Shown: positions 38,445 to 51,922 of the stretch, one piece after another
How the letters are laid out: each line of letters starts with the position of its first letter
Numbering within the stretch: position 1 is the stretch's first letter
Source of the DNA: Octopus sinensis
Taxonomy: Eukaryota
DNA length: 64,000 nt
Direction: 5' to 3'
NCBI RefSeq assembly: GCF_006345805.1
Contig: NC_043006.1
Coordinates: forward strand, 52,948,001-53,012,000
Position numbers and translations under genes: made by a program
The notes under the pieces: generated by a model
What the model was told of the DNA's origin: nothing
Seen by the model: the letters and a program-made list of their open reading frames with translations, nothing else
The model's database searches: none

Positions 38445-38712
38445 TCTCTATATATATAAACGGCAAAATGTCTGCGTGTGTGTGTGTCCTTTATACAAAT
38501 CCACAATTTTTCAGTTAGAGGGCTCACACTTTCTATGGTCATTCAAAACTATCCAAGGGTGGTCGTGCACATCTTTACATTTCCTCAGTCACCCCACAAA
38601 GCTATTAAAAAATCAATAGAAGTGACTTTTTTGTGAATTTTCTATCCAAAACCCAATCAAAATGCCTGAAACTTGATACGCCAATTGAATGCCAGCTAGC
38701 TGTATGTGATTG
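38445..38712 (+). mobile_element. Helitron-like 5' fragment
   Basis: A|TCtctatatatataaacggcaaaatgtctgcg, nearly identical to 30428. No 3' CTAG hairpin end was found. Confidence 0.65.
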
Positions 38713-38714
38713 GT

Positions 38715-39668
38715 CGGATATGTTGCAAGGTCTGGACAGTAAGCAGTAAGCAGCCCCTCAAGTTTGTGCTTGGTCACATTGGCAGTGTATGCTGGAACAT
38801 TGTCATGCTGTAGAAGTACGCATCTTTGATCGGCCATTGTCGGTTAGCAAGCTTTCTAAGTATCATATACTCGCTGTAGTTGTTGAGCATAAAGGTTAGA
38901 TTTCACAGTATGACAAGCTCAGAGTGCAACGATCCCTCGAAATTCCACCAAACACACAACATGACCTTCTGTCTGGTATATAGCCCTTATTTGACAATAG
39001 GTTCTGAAACCTGGCCGAAACAATCCATTGTTCATCCCCACTTGCAATTCGTTGCCAGTAACAGGCGTCTCGAGGATTTACCAGCAGTTGTTCGCAAATG
39101 TTCACACGTCGTTGAGCATGGTCATTGTTCAGTTCATGAAAAACTTCTCGACAACGTCTATTCACAAGGCCTAGCTTATGAATGTATTGACTGATTGCGT
39201 CTTGTGGAGGACCAAGTTCTGCCGACAATGTATGAGTTCTTGTGCTTGGCTGTTGTTCAACTATTTCAAGCAAAGCCTCATCTACCACCACAGATGGTTC
39301 CATTGACCCTGGTTTGTCATCGAGGCTGGTGTCACCTTCCTTGAAACATCTGAACCAGTTTTGGCCACACGTTCGTTGACAGTTCCTAGGCTTTCAACAT
39401 CATGAATTTCTTTTGCCGCTGACATTGTACTCAATCCTTTTTCATCGGGTAACGTAAAATGGCTCTAATTGAAATTTCTTCATCATTCATTATCAACACT
39501 TTAAAATAAAGAATAAACAATTAATGTTTATATGTTATTAATGAAAATAAAGAATAAACAACTCAGCAACAATTGAACAAGTTATATCAAATTAATGATA
39601 TAACATTGAGATACAAGTTATCAAAAATCAACAGTGAAAATCCGAAAAACTTTTGACTGAACCTGGTG
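38715..39668 (-). mobile_element. Decayed mariner, 3'-truncated
   Basis: Minus strand ..NWFRCFKEGDTSLDDKPGS, EVFHELN, IASGDEQW, LLQHDNVPAY, YCPDLA. TIR-like end ccaggttcagtcaaaagtttttcgg. Confidence 0.85.
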
Positions 39669-40005
39669 TATGTAATATAATATAATATAAATCAATATAA
39701 TTTTACTACAATGGCGCAGCTGGTTTCAGGTTTCCAGCAGACCAATCACTGATTCACTGTATTTTCGATGATACGACCAACAACGAATGCTTGTGTAACC
39801 CAGGTGAAATAAATAACACACGATAATTCTATTTGAATGCACCAGGTTATCAATTCACAGACATACGCACAGACATACATACATACATACATGCATACAT
39901 ACATACATACGTACGTACAATCACACACAAACATATTCTCACATATTATAAACATGCATGCACACACGCACAGACACAGCCTTTAATCCTCAATTTGCTT
40001 ATCCC

Positions 40006-40076
<71 letters not shown>

Positions 40077-40859
40077 CGTGCGTGCGTGTGCATGTGTTGA
40101 CATTTTGATTTAGGTAATCATTTCTAATTGCTTGACTGGTGTTAAAGGCATGTTTGAGCAATGAGGTGGTCAAAATTTTTAAACATAGCTTATTGTAAAT
40201 GGATACATAAGATTCAATCGCATTGTTGAAACCAGTAGTTTAGCAACAGTGAAGTGTTAAAATGACAGGGTGGTCTTTTCTTCTTATTAGAAATTCCAGT
40301 GAAATTAAAATTTTCTGTAAAGTTATGGAGTAGCTAATGGCGCAAAATTAGCTATCGTATGCATTAATGACAACACTATGAAAGTACAGTTTTTTTTTTT
40401 AAGGAGTTTTTCTTTTTAGGAGTAGTTACACTTATATTGAAAGAAGGATTAAACCAGATCATTTTCCTGTTTTTTAACACTCTTCGACTGTGAGACCCTT
40501 CATGCACACCAAGTTCTCATTAAAGCTGTCCCGTATTAACTCCACGTTATATGAAGATACACCTCTGTCTAAGATATCTTTATTTACTAATTCTAGTGTT
40601 CGTTACTATTCTAATATCAAAGTTTTTCATTCTAGAAAATTGCTTCCCAGAGTCCAGGACTTTCGATATGACGAATTTCTATATGAAATACCGAAAAATT
40701 CGATATGAAAAAATAGAAATCCATGTTATCAAGCTGTTTAAAACTACAAATTGTTATCAACAGAGCGGAGCAAATTCCCAAAGGCGGTGCTACAGTTCCT
40801 TTAGATTAATCCAATGGTACGTCTGATATCAGAATTGATACCGTCAAAGATACACACAC

Positions 40860-41400
40860 TATACTTACCTCGAGTTTCAAAAGATTAGTCATCCTTCACT
40901 TGGAGCTGAAAAGAAAATTAGATTTGTGGTCCTTAATGGTGATATATGACAAGGTATCTCTGTGGTTTTATCCTTAAAATGAGAGATAGTTCCTTCCTTT
41001 TAGTGTTAATGTAGTTGTATGTAGCGACATTAGATTTCCTGTCTGTATTGGTTGTGTTATATAGAAGCCTCTTTTATATAGCAGTGCCTTTTCCATTATC
41101 AACAATAATGTGTATGTTTAGGGGTTTTTTGGAAGGTATCTTGTAATTGTTCAAATTGTTCAGTAAAGTTTTGCAGTAATAGTAAAATGTGACCTCTTAA
41201 ATAGTTTATTCAAATCTTCTGCAAAGTTTTCCAGGTTCTATAACTGAGGGGGCGGATGTGTAGTTCAATAATCCAAATCCTTATATAACTGCAGATGTTG
41301 CGGTTATTGAATTCTCAAACATGTTATCGGTCCAGCGCATCTGCTTAATCAAGCTCTTCGTCTTTTCAAAAAGGCATGCCATATAAAGAAGAAGAGGTCT
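40860..41400 (-). mobile_element. Decayed Penelope-like RT N-terminal fragment
   Basis: FEKTKSLIKQMRW and YITIKDHKSNF..RMTN motifs (PLE TIKDHKxNF..RLINP). Confidence 0.65.
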
Positions 41401-41569
41401 GAGTGTTTTTCAGTAAATATAGAAGCTGTCATCTCCCCCATCTTCAAATGACTGCTCTTGATTTATACATAGAACTCAACATAGTAGCTGACACTCAATT
41501 TGAAGAATTATGGAAGCCTGTCCTGATTTGTAGGAATCATTTGAAACTAATAAAGGATTTTTCTATCTG

Positions 41570-42232
41570 GTAACGATAGAGAGAGAAACATGGCCGTATC
41601 TCTAAGATCCGAAAATAAAGTCTCGATCCATGAAGTGGCGTCACACTTTTTCTATAAGACCTAAGAAACTCAAGAGCGAGTGATAGCACAGAAATCATGG
41701 TGATTGCTTTGTGGAGTGAGAAGGGGTTCATTTTTCTTGATTTTCTAGAACATGGCTGAACAGTAAACAGCGTGTGGTACATGGAGATACTCAGAAATGT
41801 TAGAGAAAATATTAGGTGGAAGATACTGAACAAGAATCTGAAAACACTGCCCATTCACCATGACAATGTGTGACAACACATCTAGTTTGAGAAACAAACT
41901 AGTCAATCAGCGGATTAGGCTAGTCAGAGATACCTCAACGGACATGCAGTCCGTGTCTGGCACATTCTGAGGACAGTCTTCAACGACTTGAAGACACAGG
42001 CAAAGTGAAAGTAGCCATGAAGAAGTAAGCACAACAGTGCACGCCCGAAGTTTTTTCAAAGAGGATTGTAGAATTGGATTCAACGATAGTGCAAAGGCAT
42101 CTCTTGAATTAGAGACTATGCTGAGTAGCATTTCGTATAGAGGAAGAGTTATTACCCCAACAGATGCAGTTTGACAACCAATAGCATCTAATGAAGTGTT
42201 TTACCTGAACTTACATTTGTCACCCTCGTGTA
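41570..42232 (+). mobile_element. mariner 3' half
   Basis: IMVIALWSEKGFIFLDFLEHG, TVNSVWYMEILR, IHHDN; ends caccctcgtgTA. Confidence 0.8.
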
Positions 42233-42512
42233 TACACGAGAGGACATTCGAAGTGGTTACTATCTACATCTCATTTAGTTCAACATTAATCTAGTCTATT
42301 TGAGTCATATAGTTATTCATCTTTTTTTTTTCTTATCCCACTTCTAATTGCTCCTGTTATTCTAATATCAATTATTTCACACTCCTTTAAAGTTTCTGTT
42401 CACCCAACACTCTAGAAATCACATTTGACAAATTTTGAAGCTTATAAAATATATAGTATTAGTCAGATTAGTGATCATACCATTTCGTTTATTCTAATTC
42501 ATACTTCTCGTG

Positions 42513-43032
42513 CCGTAAATCCTTGAGTATATTCCGCCCTTGAGTATAATGCGCAGGGGATTTTTAGGGGACTGTACCTCTGAAAAACCTAAACCTTGTG
42601 TATAATACGCAACCCTTCTCTAACTTGAGTCAAGGAGGTATATATAACGTCCTTTGTTTGTAAAAATATATACGGTAACGTCCTTTATTATTATTGTATA
42701 TATAACATAATGCAAACGTGTAGCTTTTTTGTGCATTTTGTTTGCAGAAAATAAAAAAATAACAGTAATAACAGTAATATCGTTTAATAAATGTTGCTTA
42801 CTGCAAGTTATAGATGATTCTTTTATGACTTCATTGATTTCAGGCTTAGCTTAAGGTATTTTCGCGCCCGGTATCACAAAATGCGTCTGAATAAATATTG
42901 CCGGACAGCAAATAGGGACTCGGACATTGCTTTGAAAATAATTTTCATTTTTAACCTCGTATATTGTACGCACTAGGGATTTGACCTTTAAATTTTAGGA
43001 AAAAAATGTAGATTATACTCGAGGATTTACGG
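42513..43032 (-). mobile_element. pogo/Tigger-like MITE
   Basis: Reverse complement of the 19621 MITE; TIRs ccgtaaatcc.. and ..gaggatttacgg. Confidence 0.85.
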
Positions 43033-43337
43033 TGATTCATACCAGAAGATAAGAATGACATTTCCATGAATCATATTTTTCTGTGTTAATTTATTTCGCT
43101 CATCTTACATATATGCTACACTTCCATTATCTTTGCTTCACATTCTACGCAGTGGAAATACATGGATTTTTAATAAATGTGATTTGGTGTGTAGTGTGTG
43201 GTAATTGAATAGATCTGGGCCTGATTTATCCTTATGTCAATATCCATGCAATATATCGATCCACAAATAAATCAGTACATATTTCAACAAGCATAATTAC
43301 AAACGAATAAATGTGGTGTGTGTATTTAGGCATATAA

Positions 43338-43400
<63 letters not shown>

Positions 43401-43437
43401 CTATTATTCATGTATATATATATATATATATATATCC

Positions 43438-44163
43438 ACAATTGTCCTTATACGATAAGTATATTTTTTCTCTAGCATTGATACGACTCTTGATCTGTCT
43501 CTTTTTCTCTCTCTCTCTCTCCTCCCTTATTCCCCTTCCTTTCTTTCCCTCTCCATCCGTCCCCCCTTCTACGTTTCTCTATCTCTCTCACCTCCAGTCC
43601 CCTCGATCTGTCTCTTTCTTCTCCTCCCTCGTCCACCTTCTCTCTCTCTTCATCTGTCCCTTTTTCCTGTCTTTTGTTCTCACGTGACCGCTAGCCACTG
43701 CTGGGCGCCCTTTTCGTTCCAGCAGTAGTCGAAGCAACACGTATTTGTTTGTCTCCCTGCGGCCATTAGGCACTACTTCATAAGCCAGCCCCAACTCAAC
43801 TCGTCCTGTCGAAAGACCCTTGTCCTACGTCCTGGTTTTGTTTTGTTTTTTATCTTTACCGTTATTGTTTTTACGTTTTTGTATTCTTATTCGTGCTTTC
43901 CCTATTGGTGTCACGTATTCTGTATTTTTGTTCTTGTACTTCGTTCGTTTTCCGTCCTCTTGTTGTATACATTCGAAGCTTTCTTCCAAGGGATCTAATG
44001 CGCTTGGCTTAGATTTTCCTTTGGGGGCTGCCCAGATCGGAGCAATCTCAAGATTAATCAGACTGATGACTGAGGGCTTCGAATGTCCCGTCCTGTGGTT
44101 CTTGTGTCGTCTCTTTGGTGTTTCATGTTCTTGTCCATGTCTGTATTTATTTTTTACTGTTTA
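43438..44163. mobile_element. Unclassified insertion (pyrimidine tract plus GC-richer body) present only in duplication copy 1
   Basis: Lies in the (TA)n between ctattattcatg and tatgtatctagatag, and is absent at the equivalent site in copy 2 (47065-47120). Confidence 0.55.
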
Positions 44164-44182
44164 CATATATATATATATATAT

Positions 44183-44215
<33 letters not shown>

Positions 44216-44446
44216 ATTAATCAATATAGGGTAGCAAAAAATTCAGCAGAAATTATTTTGCTACCAGCGGTCTAGTGAGAAAAAAGGAAATAGTCAGAGA
44301 CTATTTATAAATTCAACAGCAAATTAAGGAACGGCCATGATAGGCCGTTCAACCCACTAGAAATAACAGCCAAGGCTTCAACCGCAAAATAGTAGTAATT
44401 CCGTAAATCAGGAGAAAATTTAAGAACATTTACCCTGTTGCTGCTG

Positions 44447-44533
<87 letters not shown>

Positions 44534-44599
44534 ATATATGTATCTAGATAGACACACGTATGTGTATATGCGTGTGCGTGTGCACGTTTGTGTGTGTGT

Positions 44600-45420
44600 G
44601 TGTAATATGTAAATATCATCCGACCGATCCTACATCCACCCATTGTGAAACCACTTCCACAACACCTGCGCTTTTCAATTAAGTTCATAAATGTTATGAA
44701 AGGGAGAGGTGACAATACACACCCTTGTTGAAGTTCAATACACACGTAGAAAGGTTTGGGCTTAGCACCGTTTACCCGAGTATAAGCATGTAGGCATCTG
44801 TGAATGGATTTCGGGACAACCATAAGTTACTCAATAATCTCTAACTTCTACAAAATCTTCCTCTGCATGTTCCGCAGTAATCGGTTATATGCGTTTTCGA
44901 GGCCTACGAAGCAATATTCCAATATTCCACAATTTCTCGAAGACCTGCCGTACAATGAATATTTGGTCGGTTGTTCTGCATCCAAGACAGAAGCCACACT
45001 GTTCTTCAGCTAACTTGGACTCAATAATTTCCCTTCATCCCTTTTCTAGGATAGACTTTACCAAGGAGGCTCAAGAAAGAGTTTCCTCTGTAGTCAGCAC
45101 TCTCTCCCGTCTCTCTTTTTTAAAAATTGGAACTGTCACTCTGAATTGCCATTGATTTGGTGGTTTTTCAGAGGTCCAAGCTAACTGGCATTTTCGAGTC
45201 AACAAGATTCTACCTTCTCTAGTTAAGCCTTTAATATTGCTGACCAATTCGGTCAGCAGTACCCCCATTCTCCCCAGTAGCCTTACTAAATTTTAGCACC
45301 TTAATTGCCCCTGTGACTTCAGCCCCTGTTCTCGTATCAAGGTTCGCTGCCGTGTACCGCAAGGTAGGGATGAGAATAATTGTTGCGAATACTGAGACAT
45401 TGGTCCTCTCAAGAATATCT
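44600..45420 (-). mobile_element. Duplicated copy of the inverted RTE RT segment
   Basis: LQQGCVLSPLPF, EEQCGF..TTDQIF, DYRG; near-identical to 47190-47987. Confidence 0.85.
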
Positions 45421-45596
45421 TCCCATTCTAATTGCTCCTGTTATTCTAATATCAATTATTTCACACTCCTTTAAAGTTTCTGTTCACCCAACACTCTAGA
45501 AATCACATTTGACAAATTTTGAAGCTTATAAAATATATAGTATTAGTCAGATTAGTGATCATACCATTTTGTTTATTCTAATTCATACTTCTCGTG

Positions 45597-46366
45597 CCGT
45601 AAATCCTTGAGTATAATCCGCCCTTGAGTATAATGCGCAGGGGATTTTTAGGGGACTGTAACTCTGAAAAACCTGAGCCTTGTGTATAATATGCAACCCT
45701 TCTCTAACTTGAGTCAAGGAGGTATATATAACGTCCTCTGTTTGTAAAAATGTATACGGTAATGTCCTTTATTATTATTGTATATATAACATAATGCAAA
45801 CGTGTAGCTTTTTTGTGCATTTTGTTTGCAGAAAATAAAGAAATAACAGTAATAACAGTAATAAAAGACCCCCTTCGGTCATGAATGACCATGGGATTGC
45901 ACCTAGAAAGTTACCCTCCTAGACACAAGTCCGGGCACGGTTGTTTATGGAAGACCAGCAGTCGCCCATGCATACCAGAATCCCCTCTCCACGCCACCAG
46001 TGTTATCCAAGGGAAAGACAAAGGTCGATACAGCTTGGCACCTGTGACGTCGCAACTCATTTCTACAGCTGAGTGAACTGGAGCAACGTGAAATAAAGTG
46101 CCTTGCTCAAGAACACAACACCCATGTTGCTTACTGCAAGTTATGGATGATTCTTTTATGACTTCATTGATTTCAGGCTTAGCTTAAGGTATTTTCGCGC
46201 CCGATATCTCAAAATGCGTCTGAATAAACATTGCCGGACAGCAAATAGGGACTCGGACATTGCTTTGAAAATAATTTTCATTTTTAACCTCGTATATAGT
46301 ACGCACTAGGGATTTTCAGATTTAAATTTTAGGAAAAAAATGTAGATTATACTCGAGGATTTACGG
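45597..46366 (-). mobile_element. pogo/Tigger-like MITE interrupted by SINE C (45864-46123)
   Basis: Same MITE as 42513, including the TG-mutated flanks. The headless SINE C replaces 11 bp (tcgtttaataa). Confidence 0.88.
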
Positions 46367-46675
46367 TGATTCATACCAGAAGATAAGAATGACATTTCCA
46401 TGAATCATATTTTTCTGTGTTAATTTATTTCGCTCATCTTACTTATATGCTACACTTCCATTATCTTTGCTTCACATTCTACGCAGTGGAAGTACATGGA
46501 TTTTTAATAAATGTGATTTGGTGTGTAGTGTGTGGTAATTGAATAGATCTGGGCCTGATTTATCCTTATGTCAATATTCATGCAATATATCGATCCACAA
46601 ATAGATCAGTACATATTTCAACAAGCATAATTACAAACGAATAAATGTGTGTGTGTATTTAGGCATATAAGTATA

Positions 46676-46714
<39 letters not shown>

Positions 46715-46716
<2 letters not shown>

Positions 46717-46993
46717 TGCGCTCCCAGAATAACAGGTGTCTTACTGATGAATCTGCCTGAGTAAATAAATTATATTTATTGCTGAAAAAGACGAAACTGC
46801 AGTATAAGATGAACCAAGTTTGTAAACGTTTTTAATTTTCATTTCACTAAATTTATCCAGCTTTTGTGTATCTAGTACACACTTCTTCTTTTAGAAGCCT
46901 TTTAATGTACTTATATATGAATAATATATGGCCTGTGCTAGATCACCAGCGATAATAATTAATTTTATTTTATCGCATTTTGACTTTGTTTAC

Positions 46994-46994
<1 letters not shown>
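46715..46994 (+). mobile_element. ~280 bp hammerhead-bearing unit within (TA)n
   Basis: Present in duplication copy 2 only, flanked by TA tracts, and contains the 46735-46815 ribozyme motif. Confidence 0.7.
46735..46815 (+). ncRNA. Type I hammerhead ribozyme motif
   Basis: TCTTA-CTGATGA(46744-46750)-ATCT..AGAC-GAAA(46793-46796)-CTGCAG-TA-TAAGA. Helix I TCTTA/TAAGA is perfect and extended by GGT/ACC. ACTGCAGT is palindromic. One A-C mismatch at 10.1/11.1. Predicted cleavage after A46804. Confidence 0.8.
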
Positions 46995-47050
<56 letters not shown>

Positions 47051-47189
47051 CTATTATTCATGTGTATATATATATATATATACTAATATACATACACATA
47101 TCTATATCTATATATATATATATATGTATCTAGATAGACACACGTATGTGTATATGCGTGTGCGTGTGCACGTTTGTGTGTGTGTGTGT

Positions 47190-48890
47190 AATATGTAAAT
47201 ATCATCCGACCGATCCTACATCCACCCATTGTGTAACCACTTCCACAACACCTGCGCTTTTCAATTAAGTTCATAAATGTTATGAAAGGGAGAGGTGACA
47301 ATACACACCCTTGTTGAAGTTCAATACACACGTAGAAAGGTTTGGGCTTAGCACCGTTTACCCGAGTATAAGCATGTAGGCATCTGTGAATGGATTTCGG
47401 GACAACCATAAGTTACTCAATAATCTCTAACTTCTACAAAATCTTCCTCTGCATGTTCCGCAGTAATCGGTTATATGCGTTTTCGAGGCCTACGAAGCAA
47501 TATTCCAATATTCCACAATTTCTCGAAGACCTGCCGTACAATGAATATTTGGTCGGTTGTTCTGCATCCAAGACAGAAGCCACACTGTTCTTCAGCTAAC
47601 TTGGACTCAATAATTTCCCTTCATCCCTTTTCTAGGATAGACTTTACCAAGGAGGCTCAAGAAAGAGTTTCCTCTGTAGTCAGCACTCTCTCCCGTCTCT
47701 CTTTTTTAAAAATTGGAACTGTCACTCTGAATTTCCATTGATTTGGTGTTTTTTCAGAGGTCCAAGCTAACTGGCATTTTCGAGTCAACAAGATTCTACC
47801 TTCTCTAGTTAAGGTTTTAATATTGCTGACCAATTTGGTCAGCAGTACCCCCATTCTCCCCAGTAGCCTTACTAAATTTTAGCACCTTAATTGCCCCTGT
47901 GACTTCAACCCCTGAGTACCGCAAAGTAGGGGTGAGAATAATTGTTGCGAATACTGAAACATTGGTCCTCTCAAGAATATCTTCCCAGTGCACCTGCCTG
48001 TTAGTCAAATTTCATTGAGGCAAGTTAAGAAATTTAAGTATCTTGGGACTGTATCCGTGAGTAAATAATGGGAGGAAACTTAAATGGGTACTAGAATAGC
48101 AGATGCTGACACAGTAATGCACCAACTTCATTATTCGCTCCTCAAAAGAGAAGAGGTTTGTAAGAAAGCCAAAATTGCTATCTTTATTTCAGTCTCCATG
48201 CCTATCCTAACCTATGATCATGCATGTTGATAATGACCGAAAGAGTAAAGACCCCCTTCGATCATGAATGACCATGGGATTGCACCAAAAAGTTCCCCTC
48301 CGAAATACAAGTCCGAGCAAGATTATTTATGGAAGACCAGCAGTCGCCCATGCATACCAGCCTCCCCTATCCACGTCACTGATGTTATCCAAGGGAAAAG
48401 CAAAGGCCGATACAGCTTGGTACCAGTGACATCGCTGCTCATTTCTACAGCGCAGTGAACTGGAGCAACGTGAAATAAAGTGTCTTGCTCAAGCACACAA
48501 CACAGCCCAGGCCGGGATTCTAACTCCCTATCTCGCGATTGTGACCGAAATGGGATTCCTCCGAAGGATCTCTGGAGAAACGTTACTCAGAAATTAAGGA
48601 GTTTCCACAGATCCGGTACAGCGAACATGTAGTTAGAATGTCACAGGAAATGATCGTAGCACAAACTCTTCAAGCTGAGCCAACCGGTAGAAGGCCTAGA
48701 GGCAGACCAAGAATGAGACTGTTGTTAGATAATATCCATTGTCTCAGCTGGTTACACTTGAGAAACCGGCAAGAAAGTCTAATGACGGTTGCTTCTGACA
48801 GAACACTACGGAGGAGATGCCTGAGAGCTCTACCCGCACGACTTCACATGGAATTGTGGGCGGCAAAAATGGATGGATGGACTTCGTAAA
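47190..48890. mobile_element. RTE-clade LINE with 5' inversion, interrupted by SINE C (48246-48540)
   Basis: RT up to ..IGRMIF is on the minus strand (47190-47995). KFKYLG..TEMGFLRRI..RPRGRPR is on the plus strand (47996-48890), ending in an (ATGG)n tail. Confidence 0.85.
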
Positions 48891-49292
48891 GAGAACATTA
48901 AAAAATGGTGAAATCCCTTAATTTTATTAACAGAACTCCTTCGCAGTATCTACATGTAAAGTATCTTCCAGTGATATAATATCTCAAGTATTTTAAAATC
49001 AACAACTGAAACGCTCGGTTCCAGTCGATTGTACGCAGCATAAGTATTCTTGTTTGCACATATAAAACATATGCACAGCATTCAAATTAGATCAACTGTA
49101 TGCAGATTCTTTACATTGGTTGTTTCATAGGTTATTTGCAGGAAATTATCGAGTGTAACTGACGTCACTTCCAATCAATTTTCCAATCTTTAATCGTCTA
49201 AACTGCATGTTAACACACACACACACACACACGTGTGTGCGTTTGTGTGTATGTGTGTGTATGCATATATATTATATCTCCCGTCTTTCATT

Positions 49293-49334
<42 letters not shown>

Positions 49335-49522
49335 TATATATTATATATACATAATATATATATATACATATATATACATATATATATATACATATATATA
49401 CATATATATATATCTACATATTATACATATATATATATATATATATACATACATACATACATATACATACATACATACATACATACATACATACATACAT
49501 GCATACATACATTTTATATATA

Positions 49523-50286
<764 letters not shown>

Positions 50287-50294
50287 GAGAGAGA

Positions 50295-50325
<31 letters not shown>

Positions 50326-50423
50326 AGAGAAATCTGCAGTTTGTTCTCAGGGAGAATTTTCAGAATTTTCAGAATGAGATAAGAATCCAAGGCTGTGAAA
50401 GATTTTAGAACATTTATAAATAG

Positions 50424-50471
50424 GTCTTACAGCTGTTTCCGGGATATTTTATATCTCCCTTCATCGGAGAC
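50424..50471 (-). ncRNA. Type I hammerhead ribozyme motif with core mutation
   Basis: Minus strand GTCT-CCGATGA-AGGGAGATATaaaATATCCCG-GAAA-CAGCTG-TA-AGAC. Helix I GTCT/AGAC is perfect and ACAGCTGT is palindromic. U4 is changed to C. Confidence 0.7.
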
Positions 50472-50657
50472 GGTGTGAGAAAATGGTTAAGCAATAGTTA
50501 AGAAATGGAGAATGAAGTGGAGGAATGAAAATAGACGTGAGTTATGCAGAAATATTGCTTCCGTAGATCTATTTTTAGGCAGAATGGTATACATATAAAA
50601 TTCCAATACCTTGTGAGTAAGTTCCAGTAGTATTTAAAATTAGTCATTCCAAGTATA

Positions 50658-50739
<82 letters not shown>

Positions 50740-51922
50740 GTGTGTGTGTGATAAGAATTTATAAACTTCGAAGGAACGTTAGATAATTCTGTTTTTTGTT
50801 TTATTTTTTGGATCATTGGATCTCGAATCAGATGATAACACTATAAAGGATAGCGGGTAAATATTGGGTTGAAAAAACCTTTGGATAGAATAAAGTCGAA
50901 AGCTGCCTGTATCACTCGAACCCGCAGTTCCTGTAAAAATAACAGGTGCTCTGCCGTGTTATATTTATTGGTTTATCATTTGCAGTGTTCTTCGAAAGAA
51001 TTGTGTCATTATGCCTTGCTCGCTGATGGATTACTCAAAGTTGTTAAGAAGTACTGAGTAATCCTTCTTCTGCTTAATGTTAAATTGCTTTCATATATAA
51101 CCCGATATGAAACAAACGTTAATATATGTGTATGTGTATGTGTATGTGTATACGTGTTCGTGTGTGCATGTATATATATATATATATATATATATGAGTG
51201 TGTGTGTATGTGTGTGTGTGTGTGTTTGAAACGGACGCGTTTGAAAAGAAAGAAATACAAAGCAACAAAATACTTGACTAGACGCACTCGAGGCGAGGCA
51301 GTACTTCAATTTAGCAAAGCACTTCAATAAAATCATATTAATAATCCATCAATAAAACTATACTAAAATATTGTATCAAGATATTGATTGATAACTCACT
51401 TGCGAACTACACAGGGTTAACAACAACGATTTCACAACGTTGGCAGAAAGTCAATAATTGATTAAATCGACCTCAGTTTACTAGTGGTACTTATTTATTT
51501 ATTTTTATTTTTATTTTTTTTTTGATTGGGGATAAATAGAAGTAAAGTGGACAACGGTCGAGATTTGAACGTGGAACCATGTTTGATGTATTCATTCGGG
51601 CGATTTACTGGTTCTTCCAGTTTTAAATAATAGATATTGTAATGTTGCAATTGTGCCGTTGACACTTAAATTGCTGCTATCAGTTTTCCTTCATGTTATG
51701 TAATTCAAAACCACTTAAATTTCTTCTGATTTGTTTTTACAGAGTTTGCTATAAAAAAATCGAAATCGCCTGTTTTCTATTTTTTTCTTGTTGTGAAATG
51801 GAGTAGAGAACATGGCATGAAGAGTTTTATTGACGATTATTGCCACAGTGTTATTGATGGTAGAAACAAACGCACAAGTCGTCAATCAAAGACGTTTACA
51901 ATAACTTACTTCATATTAACGA

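Larger units (their letters stand above)
42336..47990 (+). repeat. Tandem segmental duplication (copy 1 ~42336-45425, copy 2 ~45421-47990) with copy-specific insertions
   Basis: 42341-43400 matches 45426-46680, and 44520-45425 matches 47110-47987. The junction falls at shared tccca. Scattered substitutions separate the copies. Confidence 0.92.

Noticed and set aside
44055-44100. CTGATGA followed by ..ttcGAAtgtc
   Set aside because: No GAAA and no convincing helix I or II, so it was not called a hammerhead.
51022-51064. CTGATG next to a perfect 10-bp hairpin (ggattactca/tgagtaatcc)
   Set aside because: Core A9 and the downstream GAAA and NUH are missing. It could be a relic but is unsupported.
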